Assembly (NCBI GenBank): GCA_032718475.1
Contig: JAUCBJ010007572.1
Span: 1 to 64,000 of the forward strand
Direction of reading: 5' to 3'
DNA: 64,000 nt
Source: Nemertoderma westbladi
Taxonomy: Eukaryota; Animalia; Xenacoelomorpha
Below the pieces are notes generated by a model. The model was not told where the DNA came from and searched no databases. It was given only the letters and a program-made list of their open reading frames with translations. The position numbers were made by a program, and so were the translations under genes. Below are positions 13,071 through 23,500 of this stretch, in pieces; positions within the stretch are counted from its first letter, which is position 1; each line of letters starts with the position of its first letter.

Positions 13071-14110
13071 ATTGTGATTGCTGTATAAAATTGTAATTGC
13101 TGTATACAATTGTGATTGCTGCATAAAATTTGATTGCTGTATAAAATTGTGATTGCTGTATAAAATTTTATTGCTGTATAATATTGTGATTGCTGTATAA
13201 TATTGTGATTGCTGTATAAAATTTGATTGCTGTATAAAATTTGATTGCTGTATAAAATTGTGATTGATGTATAAAATTGTGATTGCTGTATAAAATTGTA
13301 ATTGTTGTATAAAATTGTAATTGATGTATAAAATTGTAATTGCTGTATAAAATTGTGATTGCTGTGTAAAATTTGATTGCTGTATAAAATTGTGATTGAT
13401 GTATAAAATTGTGATTGCTGTATAAAATTGTAATTGCTGTATAAAATTGTGATTGATGTATAAAATTGTGATTGCTGTATAAAATTGTAATTGCTGTATA
13501 AAATTGTACTGTAATTGCTGTATAAAATTGTAATTGTTGTATAAAATTGTAATTGCTGTATAAAATTGTGATTGATGTATAAAATTGTGATTGCTGTATA
13601 AAATTGTGATTGCTGTATAAAATTGTAATTGCTGTATAAAATTGTGATTGCTGTATAAAATTTGATTGCTGTATAAAATTGTGATTGATGTATAAAATTT
13701 GATTGCTGTATAAAATTGTAATTGCTGTATAAAATTGTAATTGTTGTATAAAATTGTGATTGATGTATAAAATTGTGATTGCTGTATAAAATTGTGATTG
13801 CTGTATAAAATTGTAATTGCTGTATAAAATTGTGATTGCTGTATAAAATTTGATTGCTGTATAAAATTGTGATTGATGTATAAAATTTGATTGCTGTATA
13901 AAATTGTAATTGCTGTATAAAATTGTAATTGCTGTATAAAATTGTGATTGATGTATAAAATTGTGATTGCTGTATAAAATTGTAATTGCTGTATAAAATT
14001 GTAATTGTTGTATAAAATTGTGATTGATGTATAAAATTGTGATTGCTGTATAAAATTGTAATTGCTGTATAAAATTGTAATTGTTGTATAAAATTGTAAT
14101 TGATGTATAA
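13071..14110. repeat. 18/19-bp satellite, left block
   Basis: Unit tataaaattgtgattgctg with variants. Confidence 0.97.
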
Positions 14111-14111
14111 A

Positions 14112-14716
14112 TTTTTTTTTTAATTATTTCAACTCAACTCAAATTTATTTTCAACATTAGGCCTGCATATTATCAACATGATAATTATAAACAATGAGAT
14201 GGATGGAGACAACGTATAGCACCGTGTGGTACTAGTAGTCACTGGCACCGTTTAAGTTTGGTAATATTATAATGATATTATAGTGATTAAATAATCATAA
14301 ATCTAAATATATACGAGAAGTAAGTTCATTAGGGAAACGTTTAAGTCCGGGGTCGGATTGAGTTAGATTCCTAGAGGAATTCCGGCACCATCGTCAACCC
14401 CAATACTGCGCCATTTGGTGCGAGACGATCTGAAGCAGGCGCACGTAGCCCTTAGGACGCCAAATGACAGACGTGCCCTCACCCAACCCATGACACAGCT
14501 GTAGGGCTTCATCCATTTCGTTGACAGCCTGTCAGCCAGTCTCTTCAGTGTCATGGAATACTCTGGGCCGAGAACACCATCCACCGACACCACGAGCGGG
14601 GTAAAATCTGCTTGGCGAAGGGTGCAGGCGTCATGATATTTTGACTTTTTCTGAGTCTCTGCGTCAATTAGTATGGACGAGTATATTATACACGAAGTGG
14701 GGCCTTCGCGCAGCAC
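14112..14716 (-). mobile_element. 5'-truncated CRE-like (RLE-type) non-LTR retrotransposon, 3' end
   Basis: ORF 14363-14716 contains KK.KY..AC...DFTPLVVSVDGVLG..LKRLADRLS.KW..PYS.VMGWVRARLSF..LRAT..C.R.SR, the C-terminal endonuclease region of CRE-clade elements. It is followed on the minus strand by a 3' UTR, AATAAA, (TTGAG)n and an A-run. Confidence 0.75.
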
Positions 14717-15177
14717 GTGACTTAAATTTAATTTAAGTACTAATTCGAAAGTATTACTGTATTAGCAAATTTTAAGCAGATTTCGCCTAATCACTTTTTA
14801 CCTCTTTCATTTCTATTCAGACATTTCTGACTCTAGCGGTATAGTGAGAACTGAAGATGGATTAGGGTCTCCAGCCCCACAAAGACACAGCCTATGGATG
14901 AATAGTACATACGTACATCGGCCAAGTTTCATCTTGAATAACGGATAACGAAATGAGAGACGGATCTCACTTTCAGAAATTTCGTCGTATAGCGGCAGAC
15001 CGATTAAATCTCCCCCCCCCCCCCCCCCCCCCCACAAAGACGCAGCATGTGGTCCAGAATATATGGCAAGATTCAGCTTAAACTGATTAAAATCAATCAG
15101 ACGGGAGAATCTATTCACTTTCAGGCATAAAGTAGTCCTATAGCGGGTGACTGTTGAACTGATTTTCAACAAAACAA

Positions 15178-15879
15178 ATTTTCAACTTGGCAGCTTTAAA
15201 TTCGACAAAGTTATAAGCATGTCAATATCATAACGACGACAACGATTTCACTTTCAGACATTTGGCCCTCTAGCGGCAGACTGGAGAACTGCAGATGGAT
15301 TCGCCTCCTTTGAAAGTCACAGCTAATGGTCTAATACATATCTGCCAAGTTTCAGCTTAAACGGATTAAAAGCAAAGAAATGGGAGGGCATTTAATGTTT
15401 AGACATGTGGCCCTCTAGCGGGAGACCATTGCACTGATGGTGTCTGAAAGTCTCTCAAAAATCTCAACTTTAGCTCATATTGATACCTACAAATTTTTAA
15501 CTTGGCAGCTTTAAATCCGACAAAGTTATTAGCATGTCAAAATCGTAACGACGACAACGATTTCACTTTCAGACCTTTGGCCCTCTAGCGGCAGACTGGA
15601 GAACTGCAGATGGATTCGCCTCCTTTGAAAGTCACAGCTAATGGTCTAATACATATCTGCCAAGTTTCAGCTTAAACGGATTAAAAGCAAAGAAATGGGA
15701 GGGCATTTAATGTTTAGACATGTGGCCCTCTAGCGGGAGACCATTGCACTGATGGTGTCTGAAAGTCTCTCAAAAATCTCAACTTTTGCTCATATTGATA
15801 CCTACAAATTTTCAACTTGGCAGCTTTAAATCCGACAAAGTTATTAGCATGTCAAAATCGTAACGACGACGACGACGAC

Positions 15880-15911
<32 letters not shown>

Positions 15912-16010
15912 CGACAACGACGACGACGACAACTATTTGCATAAATTGACCCACCCCCTAAAGGTGTCAATTCGCTAAGGCTCCGCCAACTTCGTGGCTC
16001 GCCCCACAAT
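15178..16010 (+). repeat. 315-bp tandem duplication ending in (GAC)n and a shared element 3' end
   Basis: aacttggcagctttaaat recurs at 15184, 15499 and 15814. (GAC)n at ~15864-15930. The terminus matches 3844-3863. Confidence 0.8.
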
Positions 16011-16022
16011 ATACTCGCAAGA

Positions 16023-16520
16023 GTAATTGCTGTATAAAATTTGATTGCTGTATAAAATTGTGATTGCTGTATAAAATTTTATTGCTGTATAATATTGTGA
16101 TTGCTGTATAAAATTTGATTGCTGTATAAAATTGTGATTGCTGTATAAAATTTTATTGCTGTATAATATTGTGATTGCTGTATAAAATTTGATTGCTGTA
16201 TAAAATTGTGATTGATGTATAAAATTGTGATTGCTGTATAAAATTGTGATTGCTGTATAAAATTGTGATTGCTGTATAAAACTTTGATTGCTGTATAAAA
16301 TTTTATTGCTGTATAATATTGTGATTGCTGAATAAAATTTGATTGCTGTATAAAATTGTGATTGATGTATAAAATGGTGATTGCTGTATAAAATTGTGAT
16401 TGCTGTATAAAATTGTGATTGCTGTATAAAACTTTGATTGCTGTATAAAACTTTGATTGCTGTATAAAACTTTGATTGCTGTATAAAATTGTGATGGCTG
16501 AATAAATTGTGATTGCTGTA
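16023..16520. repeat. 18/19-bp satellite, right block
   Basis: Same unit as 13071-14110, so a single array has been split by insertions. Confidence 0.95.
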
Positions 16521-16630
16521 TTGATTATTATAAGTGGAATTTTTTATTTGTTTTAGTATAAAAAGCAAAATAGTTCATGATATTAGTAAGAAGTAAGTAC
16601 TGTCCCGTTTTTGAGTTGTTTGTCCCGGTG

Positions 16631-18139
16631 GCGTATTCCCAATCCTTACACTACTAGGAACACCTCTTGCATTAACACCTGGGATTGGTTAATAAGCTAT
16701 TATTTGATTGGACGTTGAAATCATGTAAGGAATGGGGAGAGGGGTAGAACTATGTAGTGTAAGGGTTTTATACTCAGTTGGCATGTAGAAAGTGTTTGCT
16801 CCGAGAGCTGACTTGGCAAAAAAGCACCCCCCAACCCCCACTATGGATTACAAGCCGGCACAGCATTCATAAAAATGCAGCTGCAATGCAGCATGCCGAT
16901 CCTAGTAGTAGTAGTAGAAAGTGTTTCAAACGCTGCAAGGAATGGAGAAATTGGGTGAAATCATGTAAGGGTTATTATCTACCTATTAAACTGTTCATTG
17001 TCAGGTGACAGTAAAAAATATATACGAATAGCAGTATACATATATTTAGAGTGGAAATAATGTTGTATAAGGAATCGTTTTACACACCATTTTCTCCTTG
17101 ATTTTTCCGATCGAATAGATTATAATAATAAAGTAGTTTTATTGGTAGTATTAAATATTGAAATTCATTCATTTTAAATTGATATTTAAATTTCACAATA
17201 TGTAAACATAAAAGAGCTCCAATGAAATAAACTCTTAATTTTTGTAATGTCCTTTAGCATTTGTTCGATTTGCATTTACGTTTATCGACAGGTTTCTAGA
17301 GCGTTTTTTTTTAGCGCGTCAAGTCTTATCAGCACTGCATGAGGTTGGCCAGCAACACAGCACGCATCCGCTTACTTCGTAATGTAAGAGCTACTCGTCC
17401 TCGCGCTAGTGCAGTTGGATGCACACGAATAGCAGACCGACTATTCCTAAGCAACTACTACTGTACAGTACTATAATCGGCCTGCTGCATTGAAACTGCA
17501 CATTAACAGCTTAACAAAAACATTTTGTCACCTCCATGCAATCCACAATTGGCAAGCAATCTGCAATGCAGCGTGTATTAAGGATGCTATGCTGGCTTAT
17601 CAACAAAGTTGCACCGCCACAACTCCCTATCCCCCATGACTTTCACGAGATTATCCGCATCTTCAAGCCCAGTGTGGGCTTTCCATCATGCTTATTTTCT
17701 CCATGGTGCTGCCAAAGCACAAGATTATGCACTGTCTGGTCCTCACGGCAAAAACAATGTCCAGCAAAGGAATGTATCCTTAGACACTATAGTAGCCAAT
17801 GTTCCAATCGTTTTAGCTTACTGATGCAGCCCTGTGAAGTCTAAACCATAACCAAATGTTCTAATGCCTACAGTAAAATAATATCACATGTTAGTCTTAG
17901 TCTGCTCTTCTAATACTGATGGTATAACAACCCTTACATGATTTCACCCAATTTCTCCATTCCTTACAGCGTTTGGAACACTTTCTACCTGCCAACTGAG
18001 TATAAAAATCCATACACTAGTTAGACCCATTTCCCCATTCCTTACATGATTTCAATGTCCAATCAAATAATAGTTCATTAACCAATCCTAGGCTACAATT
18101 CAATATGTGTTCCTACTAGTGTAAGGATTGGGAATATGC
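16631..18139. mobile_element. Non-autonomous Mutator/foldback-like element with ~220-bp TIRs and 9-bp TSD
   Basis: 16631-~16980 (minus a small insertion) is the inverted complement of ~17920-18139. TSD gtcccggtg at 16622-16630 and 18140-18148. The interior carries an RTE fragment (~17550-17790, minus strand). Confidence 0.8.
16798..16913 (+). mobile_element. Short chimeric RTE 3'-end insertion
   Basis: The last ~65 nt match the 3' end and (TAG)n tail of the RTE at 32205-32275. TSD gtagaaagtgttt at 16785-16797 and 16914-16926. The empty site is visible in the opposite TIR. Confidence 0.8.
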
Positions 18140-18760
18140 GTCCCGGTGTCCCAAGTGTTTTTCTTGGGACACGTAATTGTCCCAGTTTAGATCATTCCCG
18201 CTTTGGTCCCGGTTTCGTAAACCAAAGTAATAGATACAAAGATAATTGAATAATAATGTATTATAACGTTGGCGACCCCACCCCCCCCCCCCCCCCCCAA
18301 AAAAAAAATTGTCGGCGATAAATTGTCTCCGTTATGGTCAGGTTGCGTGTCATATGGTTTATGGATTATTAAGGATTATATTATGGTTAGAGTTACTCTA
18401 TTTAAAAAAAACACATTAAAAAACACACAAAAACACCAAAAAAATTTCGCTCTCTCCGCTCGCAATGTTTATGCACGCTTCGTCCAACCTTCCAAACCTC
18501 GTCCGCGCCCATTCTTCGCTTGAAGCATACCTTGGTAGATTGGTGATATAAGTTTTGTGGTATTGTTTAGCAAATTACTCTACAGTATTACACTATAATA
18601 CAGCAATGCAGGCGAATTAGTAGTCGCGCTGCGGTACAAAATATTCAATATCGATAGAGTTAAATAATTTTAATAAAACTAATTTACTGACATAATTATA
18701 TCATCTTCGCTGCACGGCACGGTAAGTCACGTGACTATTCGACTCGGCTCGGCTCTGCTT

Positions 18761-19216
18761 GGCACGGCATGGCATGGCACGACACTACACGGCACGGCAC
18801 GGCACGGCACGGCACGGCACGGCACGGCACGGCACGGCACGGCACGGCACGGCACGGCACGGCACGGCACGGCACGGCACGGCACGGCAAGGGACGGCAC
18901 GGCACGGCAAGGCACGGCACGGCACGGCACGGCACGGCACGGCACGGCACAGCACGGCACGGCAAGGGACGGCACGGCACGGCACGGCAAGGGACGGCAC
19001 GGCACGGCACGGCAAGGGACGGCACGGCACGGCACGGCAAGGGACGGCACGGCACGGCACGGCAAGGGACGGCACGGCACGGCACGGCACGGCACGGCAC
19101 GGCACGGCACGGCACGGCACGGCACGGCACGGCACGGCACGGCACGGCACGGCACGGCACGGCACGGCACGGCACGGCACGGCACGGCACGGCACGGCAC
19201 GGCACGGCACGGCACG
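18761..19216. repeat. (GGCAC)n pentanucleotide microsatellite
   Basis: About 90 units, with interspersed ggcaa-gggac variants. Confidence 0.98.
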
Positions 19217-19589
19217 CAAATTGTGTATGGGTTCATTTCTGAAAGTGTATCCATATCCACATCGATATCCTAACGAACCCTTCAGTAAATACCGTATGTT
19301 TCAATGAGTGTTAACATTATGTTGTTTTGTGTTGACAATAGACAAAAGGCAGACTGAATCTTTGTGCCAGGCCATTACGTTTTTAAAATTGGTTGATATT
19401 AAACTGTGCTTTCCTATTGGTCAGTTAACATAAGAGTTTTGGTAAATATTGTTTACCCTGCTACAGGAAAGTGTTGTATGTAGGTGTACTGTAGATATAT
19501 GGTTTGTATGTGAATTATGATGTAGGTAACTTGCAAAAGAAGCACAATATCTGAATAGCTGCAAAACATGAAATCCTAAATATTGCAAA

Positions 19590-20355
19590 ATATTGGCTAG
19601 GCCTAAATTGCGAAAAAACAAATAATGATTTTGGAATCACCAAAACACACTTCGGCCCTTCTTCATTTCCTTGATTTGCGACTTCAAGAATTCGCTAGAA
19701 AGATGTATCTCAATCTCACCTTAATGCTGTATGGATTCTCGTTACTGCCATATCTACCGGCGGCACACCGGCTGACCGGTAATGGTAAAATTTCGGCGGA
19801 TTTGAAGGGCTGAATAACGAGCCTGAGCGCCTACCTCATACCTGCTGCCTGCAGTAAGTCTTCCTCGCCACTCGCCGGTCTGTCTGCGTCATACAGTCAT
19901 AACCCGCACCCGGTCCGGCAGTCCGGTGTCCGGTACAACACTTACTACAGGTCTACCTACAGGCTGACAGGCTACAGCAGCACAGCAGCTGTCTGGCTGT
20001 CCTGACTGCATGTGACATCATTGACATGCAGCTATACAGTGCATTGCAGCATTGTCGAACTGGATCTACTGATCTAGGCCTAACACTGTAACTACCGGTA
20101 GAATCAGAGATTAGGCCTAGGCCTACCAGCCTACTGAATAGCCGTTCCAGCTACCACTGTACCAGGCAGCCAGGTGCCAGCGCCAGGATTCTGGCTGGAA
20201 TAGCTGAATAGCCTGATCAGCTGATAGGCCTACATCTACAGACTGGTGTGGTACACGCCAACAATATCGGTGGGTACGGCACGCGGTACACTCTGCACTC
20301 GTGACTCTTACACAGGTCCACAGGTGAAGTAAGACTGCGGACTGTTGACTGTAAG
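19590..20355 (+). promoter_or_regulatory. GC/CpG-richer putative RTF1 promoter and 5' UTR
   Basis: GC-rich island directly upstream of the RTF1 ATG, with a cluster of TAGGCCTA palindromes. The TSS is not determined. Confidence 0.45.
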
Positions 20356-20566
20356 ATGCCGAGAACGGCGAAAAAACGTAAAAGCCGAGCTATTATCGAT
20401 TCGTCTGACTCGAGCGACGAGGATCTAGAAGCCGGTTTACGATCTTTGACAAAAAGACAATGTAACGAGGAGCCGGATAAATCGGTTGTTCCTCGCGAAT
20501 CGGCACCGCTCTACTCCGACTCAGATTCCGATGATCGTTCAAGCGATGAGGATTGGGGAAAGAAAG
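20356..20566 (+). CDS. RTF1: RTF1 exon 1
   Basis: [20 protein letters not shown]; donor AG|GTAAGC at 20567. Confidence 0.85.
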
Positions 20567-23500
20567 GTAAGCCTGTAAGCCAATGCTGAATAATGGAATA
20601 CTGCAATGTCATGAATGTCAATCTCAACATGCTGACATCTGGACATCAGGTTCAGGACATGTAGGAGTAGAACTCGATACTGGACTGCCAGACTGCCATA
20701 GGCCTACTCAAACTGTGTCTCAAAATGAGTAAGTTCAGTTACCCTATAGGTAGGCGCAGGCGCAGTACATCAGTCCAGCAGTCAGTAGGGCTCGGCTCAG
20801 GGCTGTAGTGTGGTTCTCTGCGGACTGACGGGTACGGTACGACTGCAGGACTGTCCGACTCCCGTTCCGACGAATCTAGAAATCTGTGCAAAGAACTGCT
20901 GGCTAAACCTGTAAGCCGGGTAACCTGACAACTGACCAGACCATGAAATTTAATTTAAATCCACTAAACTCGAGAACGGTGTTAGGGGTTAGGCCTATAT
21001 CTGTATATTGCGCTATTGTTGTTTCTTCTTTCTTCTGTATGTGTTTAGGAGTCAACAAGAAGAAGTCCACGAAACGTAGTGCTCAAACGATGAGTCACTT
21101 TGATGAAGATTCGGACGAGATTGACAGCTCGGAGGGTGAGCGTAGCGATGATTCGGACTCCAGTGTCAGTCTCGAGCCATTTAATGATGGATTCGACGAA
21201 ATGTTAATGGGAGACGAGGAGGATAGGTAGGTGATGTTACGAGGAAGCTACCGGTATATATATACAATATACATTTTTTAATTAAATTAAAATTAATTGT
21301 TTTAATCTTAATTACAGACATGGCATGTTTTTAACCATTTTCTGCAATTTTTCAAAAATAAATGGGGGGGGGGGGGGAATTTAGGCAAATGCAGTTTTTC
21401 ACCGATTTTGGGCCATTGGATATTTTTTGCATTTTCCCAATAATTTAGGGGCCAAATTTTAGACATTTTTTCCCTGTTTTTTGCGCTAGTTTGGGCCAAA
21501 TTTTAGGCAATTTTTTTGGAAATTTTTTTTGTAAACCGCCGTTTTTCGGCGGTTTACATAGATTTTAATTAAATAAATTGGAGATGAGCTGTTGCAACTG
21601 TAATTAAATGTGTAATATTATGGGTTTGTTCAGAGGTGGAAAAAATGAGAAAGCGGGTCACCGGGGGTTGAACCAGCGCTATACGTACGTTTCGGCCTAA
21701 CAGGCCTCATCAGTAGCGCTAACCAGCTCAGCCACTAGCCCCTGACACTCACACTCCCACCTAATCCACTTCTATTGAACGGGCAGTCTCAAGTTGCATA
21801 TATTTTATCTCTAACAGTGGACCTACCGGCCTCAAGTATGCTAAGAGTGAAACAGGAGGGAAGTATAAATAAATAAATATTCAGTTCGAGTATATTACAG
21901 TTGTAACAGCTCATCTACAATTTATTTAATTAATATCACCTGGCAGCAATACCGAGCTGAATATTTATTTATTTGTACTTCCCTCCTGTTTCACTCTTAG
22001 CATACTTGAGGCCGTTAGGTCCGCTGTTAGAGATAAAATATATGCAACTTGAGACTGCCCGTTCAATAGAAGTGGATTAGGTGGGAGTGTGAGTGTCAGG
22101 GGCTAGTGGCTGAGCTGGTTAGCGCTACTGATGAGGCCTGTTAGGCCGAAACGTACGTATAGCGCTGGTTCAACCCCCCGGTGACGCGCTTTCTCTTTTT
22201 TTCCACTTCTGAACAAACCCATAATATTACATCGATTTTAGTTGATCAACACCGCCGTTTTTCGGCGGTTTACATAGATTTTATTTTGTCAACACCGCCG
22301 TTTTTCGGCGGTGTACATAGATTTTAGTTCATCAACACCGCCGTTTTTCGGCGGTTTACATAGATTTTAGTTCATCAACACCGCCGTTTTTCGGAGGTTT
22401 ACATAGATTTTAGTTCATCAACACCGCCGTTTTTCGGCGGTGTACATAGATTTTAGTTCATCAACACCGCCGTTTTTCGGCGGTTTACATAGATTTTAGT
22501 TGATCAACACCACCGTTTTTCGGCGGTTTACATAGATTTTAGTTCATCAACACCACCGTTTTTCGGCGGTTTACATAGATTTTAGTTCATCAACACCGCC
22601 GTTTTTCGGCGGTGTACATAGATTTTAGTTCATCAACACCGCCGTTTTTCGGCGGTTTACATAGATTTTAGTTCATCAACACGGCCGTTTTTCGGCGGTT
22701 TACATAGATTTTAGTTCATCAACACCACCGTTTTTCGGCGGTGTACATAGATTTTAGTTCATCAACACCGCCGTTTTTCGGCGGTTTACATAGATTTTAG
22801 TTCATCAACACCGCCGTTTTTCGGCGGTGTACATAGATTTTAGTTCATCAACACCACCGTTTTTCGGCGGTGTACATAGATTTTAGTTCATCAACACCGC
22901 CGTTTTTCGGCGGTTTACATAGATTTTAGTTCATCAACACCGCCGTTTTTCGGCGGTTTACATAGATTTTAGTTGATCAACACCACCGTTTTTCGGCGGT
23001 GTACATAGATTTTAGTTCATCAACACCGCCGTTTTTCGGCGGTTTACATAGATTTTAGTTGATCAGCACCGTCGTTTTTCGGCGGTTTACATAGATTTTA
23101 GTTGATCAACACCGCCGTTTTTCGGCGGTGTACGTACATAGATTTTAGTTGATCAACACCGCCGTTTTTCGGCGGTGTACATAGATTTTAGTTGATCAAC
23201 GCCGCCGTTTTTCGGCGGTGTACGTACATAGATTTTAGTTCATCAACACCGCCGTTTTTCGGAGGTTTACATAGATTTTAGTTCATCAACACCGCCGTTT
23301 TTCGGCGGTTTACATAGATTTTAGTTGATCAGCACCGTCGTTTTTCGGCGGTTTACATAGATTTTAGTTGATCAACGCCGCCGTTTTTCGGCGGTGTACG
23401 TACATAGATTTTAGTTGATCAACACCACCGTTTTTCGGAGGTTTACATAGATTTTAGTTGATCAACGCCGCCGTTTTTCGGCGGTGTACGTACATAGATT

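Larger units (their letters stand above)
21561..22231. mobile_element. Inverted pair of hammerhead-bearing units (retrozyme / Penelope-like pLTR remnant)
   Basis: 21611-21888 is the reverse complement of 21953-22231 with a handful of mismatches. 21561-21605 is the reverse complement of ~21891-21937. The element is inserted after the first 43-bp satellite unit, with 'gatttta' at both junctions. Confidence 0.8.

Noticed and set aside
15812-16568. Arg-rich (protamine-like) and YSNHNFIQQ ORFs
   Set aside because: Translations of (GAC)n and the 19-bp satellite.
18727-19307. HGTAR / AVPCR repeat ORFs in all frames
   Set aside because: Translations of the (GGCAC)n microsatellite.
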